From IMG/VR virus record IMGVR_UViG_3300028920_000026, positions 1 through 64,000 of that record: a stretch of DNA of 64,000 bases; one strand, written 5' to 3'. Positions 1 to 9,477 of this stretch are shown here, piece after piece. Position numbers and translations under genes: made by a program. Origin of the DNA: a virus. The notes under the pieces are model-generated. The model was given only the letters and a program-made list of their open reading frames with translations. It was not told the DNA's origin and did not search any database. Within the stretch, counting starts at the first letter, position 1, and each line of letters opens with the position of its first letter.

Positions 1-113
1 GAACGTTGCCAAGGTTGGTGTGTCCGCGTGTCTGTTGTTGTCAAGCGCCCTGCGGTGCGATCGAAGATCGAACTAGGATCGAGGTCGCCCGCAGGGCGCT
101 ACTCCTTTAAACG

Positions 114-398
114 ATGAACATTCAGATCCACAAATGGTATCACCTGAAGGCTACCAACGGGGACAACCTTGCAGAGATCGTCCCTGGGATGCTTGTTCGT
201 TTTTCTACAGGCAACGCAACCGGACTCGTCGTCTTTGTGTTGGACGATCATGCGATAGGTGTTGTTTGGAATCGGGTGCCGACTCCAAATGAGAAGGCTG
301 TCGTGGAATTGTCAAATTCTATTCAAGAAGACATTAACAGGGACATCCTAAATACCATCTGCGCTACCTCGGGTGCAACGCTCACCCCGCAAAATTAG
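114..398 (+). CDS. small WGW/PGD-family paralog (hypothetical)
   Basis: 94-aa ORF with core 'AEIVPGMLVRF...LVVFVLDD' matching the h-x-PG(D/M)-h-h motif shared by >30 small ORFs in the window. Confidence 0.4.
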   Translation: MNIQIHKWYHLKATNGDNLAEIVPGMLVRFSTGNATGLVVFVLDDHAIGVVWNRVPTPNEKAVVELSNSIQEDINRDILNTICATSGATLTPQN

Positions 399-410
399 AA
401 TGATTGTATC

Positions 411-1370
411 ATGTTAGGACTCTGTTGTCACTACCTTGTTCCTGGACGGAAGCCAGGCACGTACGTAAACCAGCTGCGTATGCGCCAGCTGCAGCTCGGC
501 AGGTTCAGGTGTGGTGATTACAGCGAAGACTTCATCCGCAATGCGTGGTACGAAAACCTAGCAACGCTCGTCGAACACCTTCCCGCCGTCTTTAAACGCT
601 ACAAGGTCTATAGGTTTCCGTCTGGCATCCTGCCCATGTGGGACCAGGTACCCGAACGCTTGTGGCGTGACGATGCCACAGTGCAATCCCAGTTTGCCGT
701 CATCGGCAGGCTCGTCGTTGTAAACGGTGTTCGTGCCACATTCCACCCAGGTCAGTTCTGCTCGCTGTCGAGCGACAACTGGAGCGTGCGTGAGGCATCG
801 GTCCGTGAACTAAATCACCATGCGTGGCAGTTCGACCAGATGATGTTGCCCGTCAGCCCGTACCACGCCATCAACGTTCACGGCGGCAAGCGCGGCTTCA
901 GCGACGTGCTAATTGCCAGCATCAACGATACTACGAGCACGTCTCCTTACGGTCCACTGTCCAGCTCTGCACGTGAACGTCTTACGTTCGAAAACGACGA
1001 ATGTAGCTACAGCACTGTCGACCTGCTTCGCATCTACAGGCATACAGGCGTACCCGTTGTCTTCGACTCTCACCATCATACGTTTAATACGGGTGGCATC
1101 AGCATGGTACTTGCGTCCAATGCAGCCAAGGAAACGTGGCGTGACGTCAAACCCCTGCAACACCTATCAAACTCTGATCCTGAACTTGCTTCTGACGCAC
1201 GCTTTCAGGCGCGGCGCGCACACAGTGAATTCATTCATCACATCCCAGAGTGCCAATTACATGATGTGCAAAATGACACAATAGATCTGGACGTAGAGGC
1301 AAAATGTAAAAACCTAGCAATAGACAAGATGCGTAAGGATTTTCAAATTCATGACGTATCTTTGCACTGA
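411..1370 (+). CDS. uvdE: UV DNA damage endonuclease, UvdE/UvsE family
   Basis: 319-aa ORF. Colinear UvdE blocks 'YRFPSGILP', 'VRATFHPGQF', 'AINVHGG', 'ERLTFENDECSYS', 'VPVVFDSHHH' match B. subtilis UvsE 'YRFSSSIVP', 'LRTSFHPNQF', 'INIHIGG', 'ERMTLENDDKTYT', 'VPFVFDFHHF'. Confidence 0.85.
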   Translation: MLGLCCHYLVPGRKPGTYVNQLRMRQLQLGRFRCGDYSEDFIRNAWYENLATLVEHLPAVFKRYKVYRFPSGILPMWDQVPERLWRDDATVQSQFAVIGRLVVVNGVRATFHPGQFCSLSSDNWSVREASVRELNHHAWQFDQMMLPVSPYHAINVHGGKRGFSDVLIASINDTTSTSPYGPLSSSARERLTFENDECSYSTVDLLRIYRHTGVPVVFDSHHHTFNTGGISMVLASNAAKETWRDVKPLQHLSNSDPELASDARFQARRAHSEFIHHIPECQLHDVQNDTIDLDVEAKCKNLAIDKMRKDFQIHDVSLH

Positions 1371-1564
1371 AATTGTTGCAGGTAAGCAAGCGAATCGTCC
1401 AAAATGAATTGTTGTGATAAGTGTGATTGCGAATTTACTCGTCGATACGTACGAAAATTTATGTGTGAACAACACTTGTGTTCAAACGAATGTAACTGTT
1501 GATGAGATTGAACCATACCAATCATTGCTTGAGGGATTACATAGCAATGCTTATGTAACTACCT

Positions 1565-1894
1565 GTGTTAAAAGCGCAAGGTAAGGAAACCGAACAGAAA
1601 ATGCGGCAGCTACCTATTATCGAAATGGCTACGAGTGAAGTTTCAGAGTCTGTGCCCTCGACCGTCTTCGAACAGACGGGATACCAGATCTTCTATCGGT
1701 ATCAACCGAGTATCTTCTTTTCAAACGTTCGTGACTTTACGGCAAAGAAGCTCCACGCATACGCTGACTCTACGTCGAATCCAGTCACACGCCTGAACAG
1801 GTACGCCCTCCTGAAGGATTATCTCGACGGCAACGTCGCGGTGTGTTGGTGCAACGGCGAACCAAAGTTCCAGCGACTCGAACGCGCAGCTTGA
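1565..1894 (+). CDS. hypothetical protein
   Basis: 109-aa ORF directly upstream of groEL; no recognisable motif and not GroES-like. Confidence 0.3.
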   Translation: MLKAQGKETEQKMRQLPIIEMATSEVSESVPSTVFEQTGYQIFYRYQPSIFFSNVRDFTAKKLHAYADSTSNPVTRLNRYALLKDYLDGNVAVCWCNGEPKFQRLERAA

Positions 1895-1925
1895 CCAACG
1901 AACGCGGAAGGAGTAAGATCCTTCC

Positions 1926-3524
1926 ATGGACGTTGAGAACGAACACACAAGCACGAACATCCTGTTTCGAGACGACGCAAAGGACGCACTCTTAAAGGGT
2001 GCGTCGACCGTCGCAGAAGCCGTCGGATGTACGATGGGTCCTCGTGGGAGGACGGTGCTGATCCAACAGGAGGGGAAGGCACCGATCCTGACGAAGGACG
2101 GCGTCACAGTCAGCAAGGCCGTCAGGCTCAAGGACCCGATCGCGCGCATGGGTGGTGACCTGCTCCGCGATGCAGCCAGCAGGACGAACGAGGTCGCTGG
2201 CGACGGAACGACCACAGCAACGGTCATCTCATACGCGTTGATGCGTGAAGGACACAAGCTTCTGTCCGCTGGGCACAACCCGCTCGAGCTGGTGAGGGAC
2301 CTCGAGCTCGCGAAGAACGCGGCGACGATGATGCTAAAGACTGCGGCACATCCAGTCAAGGATACCGACACGCTCCGCACCGTCGCCACGATCTCGGCGA
2401 ACGGCGATGAGGCGATCGGAGGCTTCATCGCCGATGCCCTCAACAAGGTCGGCAGGGATGGGATCGTCACCGTCGAGGACGCCAAGGGGACGACGACCTC
2501 GCTTGACGTGGTCGAGGGCACGCAGTTCGAGCGTGGCTACCTCAGCCCCTACTTCGTGACAAACAACGACAAGATGGTCGCCATCTATGATGGATGCGAC
2601 GTCCTCGTGACAGACAGACGGTTGGGTTCAATCACCGAGCTCATCCCTGTCCTCGAGAACTGCAGGTCAGGAAGGCCCCTGCTAATCATTGCTGATGATG
2701 TGGAACCAGAGGCGCTACAGGCGCTCGTCCTAAACAGGGTAAAGAACCGCCTCCGCGTGGTGGCGGTCAAGGCACCTGGCATCGGTCAGGCGAAGGGACA
2801 CATGTTGGACGACATCGCGACGCTCGTCGGCGGAACCGTCGTATCAGCAAAGAGAGGAATCGAGCTCAAAGATGCAGTTGCCCACCTAGGCCACACGAGA
2901 AAAGCCATTGTGAACGCCAAGGCTACCACCTTGGTGGGCACAGAAAAAACGAGTGAGGCCCTCGTGGGCCGGATTAAGGAGCTCAGGTCACAGCTGGAGG
3001 ACCCAACCCTTGATTCGGACGAGGAGGCGATCCTGAAGCTCCGGCTCGCGAGGTTGACGGGTTCTGTTGCTGTTATCAAGGTGGGCGGTGCCACTGAGCT
3101 CGAAATCTCCGAACGAAGGTATAGAATCGAGGACGCACTTAACGCGACGCGCGCGGCGGTGGAGGAGGGCTTCGTCCCGGGAGGCGGGATCGCGCTGTAC
3201 AACGTCGTCCAGGAACTAGGACAGGTCACCGACGGATCGACGCAGCTGATGATCGCAGGATGCCTTGAGCCACTCCGCCGCATCGCAGAAAACGCAGGCA
3301 TGAGCTTTGATGTCGTATCTCACCTCATATCGTCCACCCGGAGCGGTATACTGGATGCAGAGATCGGTATAGACGACTACGGGTGGGACGCTCGGAAGAA
3401 GGAAGTCAGGAAGTTCACTGATATCATCGATCCGGTCAAGGTCACGAGGACGGCGCTTGAGAACGCAGTTTCCGTAGCGATCGCATTTCTGTCGCTTGGG
3501 GCGGCTGTTTACGAGGAAGAATGA
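1926..3524 (+). CDS. groEL: GroEL/Hsp60-type chaperonin (no C-terminal GGM tail)
   Basis: 532-aa ORF with canonical GroEL blocks 'DGTTTATV', 'AVKAPGFG'-like 'AVKAPGIGQAK', 'VAVIKVGGATE', 'EEGFVPGGG'. It ends ...VYEEE with no Gly-Gly-Met repeats. Its stop overlaps the next start (ATGA). Confidence 0.95.
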   Translation: MDVENEHTSTNILFRDDAKDALLKGASTVAEAVGCTMGPRGRTVLIQQEGKAPILTKDGVTVSKAVRLKDPIARMGGDLLRDAASRTNEVAGDGTTTATVISYALMREGHKLLSAGHNPLELVRDLELAKNAATMMLKTAAHPVKDTDTLRTVATISANGDEAIGGFIADALNKVGRDGIVTVEDAKGTTTSLDVVEGTQFERGYLSPYFVTNNDKMVAIYDGCDVLVTDRRLGSITELIPVLENCRSGRPLLIIADDVEPEALQALVLNRVKNRLRVVAVKAPGIGQAKGHMLDDIATLVGGTVVSAKRGIELKDAVAHLGHTRKAIVNAKATTLVGTEKTSEALVGRIKELRSQLEDPTLDSDEEAILKLRLARLTGSVAVIKVGGATELEISERRYRIEDALNATRAAVEEGFVPGGGIALYNVVQELGQVTDGSTQLMIAGCLEPLRRIAENAGMSFDVVSHLISSTRSGILDAEIGIDDYGWDARKKEVRKFTDIIDPVKVTRTALENAVSVAIAFLSLGAAVYEEE

Positions 3525-3991
3525 GCATCGAAAAACATACGTTGAACAACGTTGACGACGTCAGCGTTCCACTAGGTTGGACTGTCACGCATACAGACCC
3601 CGTCATCATCCTGCATCCACGGGTGCTTCTTGCCGTGCTTGAGCACGCAGGAGCATACGATGCGATCTCCTGCCTCGACAATGAACAGAAGTCAGCGTTC
3701 AAGGATGCGCTTGACGACGCGGACGCAGCGTCTGTCATTGCAGACCTCTGGATCTGGATCAACAGAACGAGCATCGTGCTTGTTGCAATCTACATCCTAC
3801 TTGGGATGCTTGTCTACCTCTTTGGTTATGGGTACTTCGGCTTCAGCATCGGAATCGTCTGTACGACTATCATTATAGGCGTGATGTCTGCGCTATCGAT
3901 CGATCCATCTACCCAAATAAGAGACAGGAAGGTCCAACATGCAGCGGCATTGGCATCAGCGGGCAAAGAAAATGGTGTGGAAGGACAGTAG
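3521..3991 (+). CDS. membrane protein (2-3 TM)
   Basis: Start is coupled to the groEL stop. Hydrophobic stretches 'IVLVAIYILLGMLVYLFGYGYFGFSIGIVCTTIIIGV'. Confidence 0.5.
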   Translation: MSIEKHTLNNVDDVSVPLGWTVTHTDPVIILHPRVLLAVLEHAGAYDAISCLDNEQKSAFKDALDDADAASVIADLWIWINRTSIVLVAIYILLGMLVYLFGYGYFGFSIGIVCTTIIIGVMSALSIDPSTQIRDRKVQHAAALASAGKENGVEGQ

Positions 3992-4235
3992 TTATTTTGA
4001 CGTGCAAGACGAGTGCATTCTACCTGGCGACTATGTCGTAGTAAGAGACGCTCTTCGTTGTGGCATTGTAATAGCCTCCGTTCACTCAAACCAAGAAGCG
4101 TTCGCATCAAGCATGCACACCCAAGGGGCCCGCAAATGTGGGCCCCTTGTCTACTACGTCATGGGCAACAACGCTCGCATGTACGGACCGTTGTTTAGCT
4201 CTGACATTCAACTTGGTTACCTACCACGGAGCTGA
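3972..4235 (+). CDS. small PGD-family paralog
   Basis: Internal Met start chosen to avoid overlap with the upstream gene; motif 'ECILPGDYVVVRD'. Confidence 0.35.
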   Translation: MVWKDSSYFDVQDECILPGDYVVVRDALRCGIVIASVHSNQEAFASSMHTQGARKCGPLVYYVMGNNARMYGPLFSSDIQLGYLPRS

Positions 4236-4522
4236 TGCCCATCCGCAAAGTTCATCTCCACGGTCCGTATGCTCGATGAGAACTTGTGTACACGTTCACT
4301 GACGAGTCCAATTATGTGAACGACGTTCATACCCACAAGTTCAGACGAGATGACAAGCATCCTTGTCCCTTCTTTGAAGAACAACCCGCCTCGACGTTCC
4401 TTGAACGAACCCCACGACTTCATCTTTGTCTTGAAGGCGATGTAGTCGCCCGGTTCGAGCATCATCCAGTGGCCTTCTGTCCTGTACATCGGTCCGCCAA
4501 ACAATACGTAGATATCATGCAA
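4217..4522 (-). CDS. small PGD-family paralog
   Basis: 101 aa; motif 'MLEPGDYIAFKTK'. Confidence 0.4.
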   Translation of the reverse strand: MHDIYVLFGGPMYRTEGHWMMLEPGDYIAFKTKMKSWGSFKERRGGLFFKEGTRMLVISSELVGMNVVHIIGLVSERVHKFSSSIRTVEMNFADGHQLRGR

Positions 4523-4712
4523 TTGAAAATCAGTGAGTTGCGAACCATCATCAATGAAGAGTTAGACAGGTGCATCAGGTGGTCAGCTGGGATCACCGGT
4601 GGGGGAGGAAACGTCGGCAAGGGCGTCCAGCCCGCAGGACCGCCTGGAGCGTTGGGATCGCCTGAAGAGGAGGACGCGTTGACCATCGATCCTGAAGAAT
4701 CTGGGGAGGACC

Positions 4713-5480
4713 TCACGCTTCCATTATACCTAGACCGGCCTCGTGGATCATCGCTCTGATCGCTTCTCTGGCCAGCGCCTCGCCCCGAACATCATCACTA
4801 CCCTTAGCAAAGATCCCGACGGCTTCCTTGAGCTTGTTTTCGTTCTGCTGCAGGAATCGCAGGCCTTCAACGACCTTTGAGGTGACTGCTGCAGCCTTGT
4901 CGCCGAGGCGTTTCTTGACTACGTCCTGCTTCTCTTCGATCTTGTCGGCGCCTTTGCTCGCCATCGCAGCACCTTCGTCGATCGCAGCGCGGAGTGCGTC
5001 TCCGTTCTTAGAGACCCATGCCTTGAACTGTTTCAAGGCATCGACTGCCTGTTCGCCTCCCTTGGCGATCGCCTTCCCTGTTTTTGTGCCACCGACGCGT
5101 TTGATGCCCTTGCCGATCGTCTTTGCGACCTTGCCTCCTTGCATCAATAGCTTCAATCCCTTGGCAGGAACGTCACCGAACTCTGGGATGAGGGACACGA
5201 GTGATAGTGCTGCAAACAGCCACTCTCCTTCGATCGCGTACCACGCGGCGTTTGTAAGGTCGGCGATCTCACCGTAACCCGGGATGAAACCAGCGAGGTC
5301 GAGCGTCAGGTGTCCAGCACCCTTCAGGACGTCACCGAACGACAGCTCGTTGAGGATTCCGTACGTCCGCTCTAGGTGTTCGACGAGTCGATCAACATCG
5401 TCATGTGCTTCAAGGTTCGATACGATCTCATCGATGAGCTGAACCATGAGAGTACATATCGAGCCCACGACGAACGGCAC
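4713..5480 (-). CDS. hypothetical Lys/Ala/Gly-rich protein
   Basis: 255-aa ORF with an acidic N-terminal third and a K/A/G-rich C-terminal half ('KGLKLLMQGGKVAKTIGKGIKRVGGTKTGKAIAKGG'). Confidence 0.5.
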   Translation of the reverse strand: MPFVVGSICTLMVQLIDEIVSNLEAHDDVDRLVEHLERTYGILNELSFGDVLKGAGHLTLDLAGFIPGYGEIADLTNAAWYAIEGEWLFAALSLVSLIPEFGDVPAKGLKLLMQGGKVAKTIGKGIKRVGGTKTGKAIAKGGEQAVDALKQFKAWVSKNGDALRAAIDEGAAMASKGADKIEEKQDVVKKRLGDKAAAVTSKVVEGLRFLQQNENKLKEAVGIFAKGSDDVRGEALAREAIRAMIHEAGLGIMEA

Positions 5481-5612
5481 TCATGCCGTGCCCCGTCAGC
5501 GCACTCACCTCGTTTGGTAGCAACATATCATCAACAATGGACGTTCCACAAAGCCATAGGACGCAGCCGCCATAGCATCTCAACACCCACGAGATGAACC
5601 TTCTCAGCATGC

Positions 5613-5936
5613 ATGGATTATACCATGCGTGGCATAGTTAGAATCATGCTGAGGGAATACATTCGCCTCGTGATTGCAGAGGCTGGCTTCGAGCCGAACG
5701 GTCCAAAGGTCAGGAACGCACTGTCACCGGACGTTCAACTCGACCGCGACTCGATGGGTGCGATCAGCAAGACACAGGCAGATTGCGAGGATCCTGGGCT
5801 CGTTGATCACCTTCAGGATGCAGACATCGAGAACGATGATGATGTGTTTGGTCCAGTCCCTCCTGACTCAGACCCCGTCCACATCAGCCTCGATCCCTTC
5901 GTCAGGGGACACGATCCGGACATTAGAATCGGTTGA
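5613..5936 (+). CDS. hypothetical acidic protein
   Basis: 107-aa ORF with acidic C-terminus; no motif recognised. Confidence 0.3.
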   Translation: MDYTMRGIVRIMLREYIRLVIAEAGFEPNGPKVRNALSPDVQLDRDSMGAISKTQADCEDPGLVDHLQDADIENDDDVFGPVPPDSDPVHISLDPFVRGHDPDIRIG

Positions 5937-6204
5937 CATCTCCTCAACGACCGACTTGGTGAATATTCCAAATGTTCACTACTCACTGGACTTTTCTTCA
6001 ATATATGCTCTGATCATCTCATCAAGGCGATGTCGCTCCTGTAACATCTCAGTGAGCCTAAGCAGGCGAATCTTGTGTTGTCTGTTTGGAAATGTTGTTA
6101 TCGAACATCACGAACGCTCTGGCCAGCAGAACTTCAACACTACCGTTGTGTTCGTAAACACCTTAACGCACCAGACGATGGGCACTCCCTTGACGACAGC
6201 AAGA

Positions 6205-6555
6205 TCACCCTTCTTCATGAATCTCACCGTGGACAACCTGTTGTGCGAGCCTGTCGATCGTCGCACGTGCGTTCAGTATGTCTGAGAGCTCGAGCTTCCT
6301 GTAGGTCTTGAGACCGTCCATGATCGACACTGGCTTCCCGTTGGACCCGCCTTTGCCAAAGAATTCGATGGGCACGCCCTTCTGCGTTCCGTTTTCTCGA
6401 GCGTCTGTGACAACAAGCACGATACCGTCGTCTACACACAGGATCACATCTCCAGCACGAAACCTATGTGGATTCGGTGGAGGTGAGTGCGAGCGCTTTG
6501 TTTCCACAACAACTGTATCTTCGATTACGTTGGAACACCAATCTTCTGCCATCAC
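6205..6555 (-). CDS. PGD-family-like small protein
   Basis: 116 aa; 'FRAGDVILCVDDGIVLVV' resembles the family core (h-x-x-GD-h-h-h). Confidence 0.35.
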   Translation of the reverse strand: MMAEDWCSNVIEDTVVVETKRSHSPPPNPHRFRAGDVILCVDDGIVLVVTDARENGTQKGVPIEFFGKGGSNGKPVSIMDGLKTYRKLELSDILNARATIDRLAQQVVHGEIHEEG

Positions 6556-6597
6556 GTTTTACCTCAATCATCGAATAATACTACATGAACTGCATCA

Positions 6598-7107
6598 CTA
6601 CTCATTGTGTACAAAGTGATGACGTATGTATTCACCGAGTTGCTGGTATCTCATCAGTAGGTCGAGAAGGTCGACTTTTACGAATTCTTCATCGAATACT
6701 TCATAAATTGCTCCGAGTGCTTCACCAAGGAATTCAGTGCTAATCGGAGAAAATATGAACTCTAGCTTAGCGAGGTGGACGGCGCACATGATAATGGGTT
6801 CATCGTTCTTGCCGCGACTGCCGCTGATCCTGTAGTACGTTCCTTTTACGCGAAAAAACGTAGTGACGCCCCTTGGGAGGTGCTTGAACGACTTCTGCGC
6901 GTCGGTGTTGCCCATATTGGGAACGACAAGGTCGCCACGCCAGCATTCAAACTTTCGCGCTCGCTCATCCCAGATCGCATTTCCTCTTGGAATCTGGGTG
7001 ATTTCGCCGTAGGTATCCTGGATGTCTATGATGTCGTAGTCATCGCTGAGTGCATCTATGTCAATGTGCGTAAACGACTTATAACCTTTCGAGATAATAT
7101 CCAACAT
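6598..7107 (-). CDS. hypothetical protein
   Basis: ORF 6598..7239 trimmed to the internal Met 'MLDIISKGY' to limit overlap with the HD gene; no motif recognised. Confidence 0.4.
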   Translation of the reverse strand: MLDIISKGYKSFTHIDIDALSDDYDIIDIQDTYGEITQIPRGNAIWDERARKFECWRGDLVVPNMGNTDAQKSFKHLPRGVTTFFRVKGTYYRISGSRGKNDEPIIMCAVHLAKLEFIFSPISTEFLGEALGAIYEVFDEEFVKVDLLDLLMRYQQLGEYIRHHFVHNE

Positions 7108-7858
7108 CACGGTCCCTTTCGAGCTCACCGGACAGGACCCTTGTGCGTACACCATCGATGATATTACCGAGCCATTTTCCAGGGTTTCGATCTGGATGCA
7201 TGCTGAGCACTGCGGTGCCAAGTCCCTTAGGGAGAACATTCCTATCTTCGTCGATCTTCTTCACTTCTTCGACACGTTTGATGAGCTCATCAAGCTTCTG
7301 CAGGTGCCTCTGGTACCGAGCCTCGTTTTTTGTCGTCACGTCAGCTCGCACGAACCTGATGAGAGCAGGCAACCTTGGACCGCAATCTGTGATCAATCGT
7401 CGAACAGCAGAGTCTGTCCACTCACGAACGTTCTTGCAGTCAATGCGACCAGAGTGTCCGATGAGCCAGGCGATCTCTCGAGCCTCGCCCATGTTTTCGT
7501 CCCACAGCTTTGAACGCTCGATGATCTTCCAGAACATGTCCGAACTGACAGCCTCGTGCCCGTGGAACGATACCTCACCCTTGAGGCGCCTGATCGTTCT
7601 TGGCTTTCCGATGTCGTGGAACAATGCTGTCCATCGCTGGCTTGGAACAGGTGCTGCTTGAGCTACGACCTGCTTTGTGTGCAGCCAGAGGTCCTTGTGT
7701 TCCTTGCCGTCGCCGAACCCGATGATGTCAAACAGCTCTGGGAACAACGTAGACATGATGCCTTCGTTCCTCCACGCTTCGAGGACGTCCTTGTACATCG
7801 AGTGCTTGACGATCTCGTTATCGAGCGTCTCTTTGACAACGAGCTGCGTGTTCATCAT
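7079..7858 (-). CDS. HD-domain phosphohydrolase (resembles the C-terminal HD domain of CCA-adding enzymes)
   Basis: 259 aa. 'HTKQVVAQ...RWTALFHDIGKPRT...SFHGHEAVSS' parallels E. coli Cca HD-domain 'HTMMVLDQ...LCHDLGKGLT...FPGHEARG'. No nucleotidyltransferase head domain is present. Confidence 0.65.
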   Translation of the reverse strand: MMNTQLVVKETLDNEIVKHSMYKDVLEAWRNEGIMSTLFPELFDIIGFGDGKEHKDLWLHTKQVVAQAAPVPSQRWTALFHDIGKPRTIRRLKGEVSFHGHEAVSSDMFWKIIERSKLWDENMGEAREIAWLIGHSGRIDCKNVREWTDSAVRRLITDCGPRLPALIRFVRADVTTKNEARYQRHLQKLDELIKRVEEVKKIDEDRNVLPKGLGTAVLSMHPDRNPGKWLGNIIDGVRTRVLSGELERDRDVGYYLERL

Positions 7859-8061
7859 TCTACTCCACGCCCTAGAATCTCGTTGTGTGGGGTCGATGGT
7901 TCGTCGAGCGCCCCTGCTAGTTCTTCTTGAGCGGTAGCAACAAGCTGTTCAAGGTATTCGCGGTTTGCTTCGATGTAGCCGTTGCAGCGAAGGGCACTCT
8001 CAAGCGCCGTTGTCAGCTTAACCGCCAAGACTGTGTTCATCTTCCTCATTCCCAACCCCAA
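7855..8061 (-). CDS. hypothetical small protein
   Basis: 68-aa ORF whose stop abuts the HD gene start. Confidence 0.3.
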   Translation of the reverse strand: MGLGMRKMNTVLAVKLTTALESALRCNGYIEANREYLEQLVATAQEELAGALDEPSTPHNEILGRGVE

Positions 8062-8181
8062 CCCTTTTCAAAACCACCTGCAAGATTAGTTGGTCCAGGT
8101 TGTTACGTAGCTTGAGTAACAACAGAACGTCAACCTTGTGACACATTTCGAGCTCAATCATCTCTGAATCGCCACTCTTCG

Positions 8182-8454
8182 TCAGTTTGATCGCTCTAGA
8201 ATTTGCGTACGATGGGAACCAAGCAACCTCTCCACACGACATCGCTGAAGGTACTTTATGTTTCCATTCCAATCGTTCCAAGGATAGTCCTTGATCAGCT
8301 TGCTGAAGAGAGCAGCTGAGTTTGCTGCTGCGTTGATCGATGTGTACGCCGATGAATTGATGTAAATGATGTCGCCGACCTTAAACCTGTTTAGTTCCTC
8401 AACGAGCGTACTCTTCTGATCGTTGTGCCTCTTGCTATTCTGTCTCCTCACCAT
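8182..8454 (-). CDS. KOW/DUF2158-like small protein (FKVGD motif)
   Basis: 90 aa; 'FKVGDIIYINSSAY' resembles the YodC/DUF2158 signature and the PGD family. Confidence 0.45.
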   Translation of the reverse strand: MVRRQNSKRHNDQKSTLVEELNRFKVGDIIYINSSAYTSINAAANSAALFSKLIKDYPWNDWNGNIKYLQRCRVERLLGSHRTQILERSN

Positions 8455-8839
8455 ATGCGGCCTCCTGTTCGTGAAGTTTTTGGATGACCCTCTCGAGCTT
8501 TAACTGAAACTCAAGTAGTTCGAGGAGCCCGACCTTGCGACAGTGATCAAGATCTAAGATTACAGACATCCCGTTCTTGATTGTATCGCATATGGGTTCT
8601 TGCATCTTCGGAGGATAAAGAGCAGGAAACAGGCGACAACGAGCCCTATACCTTTCGTTTCCATCCTTATTGAACTTTTTGCCCCACTTTACGTCTTCCT
8701 TCCTCAGTTCCGCAATGTAGTAAAGCGCCCCTCGAGTAAACTGATCGTTGTCGGCTGCATATATCTGCACAAGATCACCGACCTTGAAGCCATCGAGCTC
8801 CTTGACCTTTCTCTTTCTTGTGGGTCCACGCGGTTTCAT
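8435..8839 (-). CDS. KOW/DUF2158-like small protein (FKVGD motif)
   Basis: 134 aa; 'FKVGDLVQIYAADNDQ'; adjacent paralog of 8182..8454. Confidence 0.45.
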   Translation of the reverse strand: MKPRGPTRKRKVKELDGFKVGDLVQIYAADNDQFTRGALYYIAELRKEDVKWGKKFNKDGNERYRARCRLFPALYPPKMQEPICDTIKNGMSVILDLDHCRKVGLLELLEFQLKLERVIQKLHEQEAAYGEETE

Positions 8840-9002
8840 ACATCAACGGTACAACACACACATGTTGTCTACAACTTTTGTTTGACGAAGCCTTCGATCA
8901 GGCTGTCGAGGCGCCTTCTTCTTTGTTGTATTTGATCGTCCTGTAGCGCTTCTTCGAACCCGGTGGTCGATGTTCGACAACCCTATAGATCGTTGCCTGC
9001 GT

Positions 9003-9326
9003 TCAGGTGGCCTTGTTCTTATCGCTGGCCGCGACGTAGCAACCGGAAGGTAGCTTCTCGTTTGGATCAAAGTCGATGTCATTCATTGGGTTGTCCTTTT
9101 GAGGATGCGAACCTTTGCATTGAACACATTCTTCTCTTTGAGGGTTTCCGTCCTGTCCAATGACAAGCAACTTGTTCAGAACACCGTTTGGGATAATGCT
9201 GACGATCAAGAAGGGCGTGCGTTTGCGAGTCCTCAAGTGGGTCTCAATCATGCAGTCTCCAGGCAACATATTCAATGCTTTGATTGCCTGTATCGGTGAT
9301 GTATTCCTACTGCGTGTGCCCATCAA
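9003..9326 (-). CDS. small PGD-family paralog
   Basis: 107 aa; 'NMLPGDCMIETHL'. Confidence 0.4.
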   Translation of the reverse strand: MMGTRSRNTSPIQAIKALNMLPGDCMIETHLRTRKRTPFLIVSIIPNGVLNKLLVIGQDGNPQREECVQCKGSHPQKDNPMNDIDFDPNEKLPSGCYVAASDKNKAT

Positions 9327-9477
9327 ACCAACCCGCTATCCACTGTGATTGTACAACCAAAGCTCACGGCGTATCCTTCCATCGTGTGAGAGCCTTGTGA
9401 CTGCGATGCACCTGTGCCTCTTTTTCGAGAAGATATCGTGTTCAACCGCAATGATGAGTTGGATCTTTAGCTATAAC

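Noticed and set aside
1880-1925. Heat-shock (sigma32) promoter or CIRCE element upstream of groEL
   Set aside because: 'CTTGAcc' is present but the downstream CCCCATnT box is not, and no TTAGCACTC-N9-GAGTGCTAA CIRCE was found.
1721-3301. Long minus-strand ORFs (1721..2521, 2786..3301, 2585..2782) antisense to groEL
   Set aside because: They lie wholly inside the well-supported GroEL CDS, are Ser/Ala/Thr/Pro low-complexity, and are typical GC-rich antisense artefacts.
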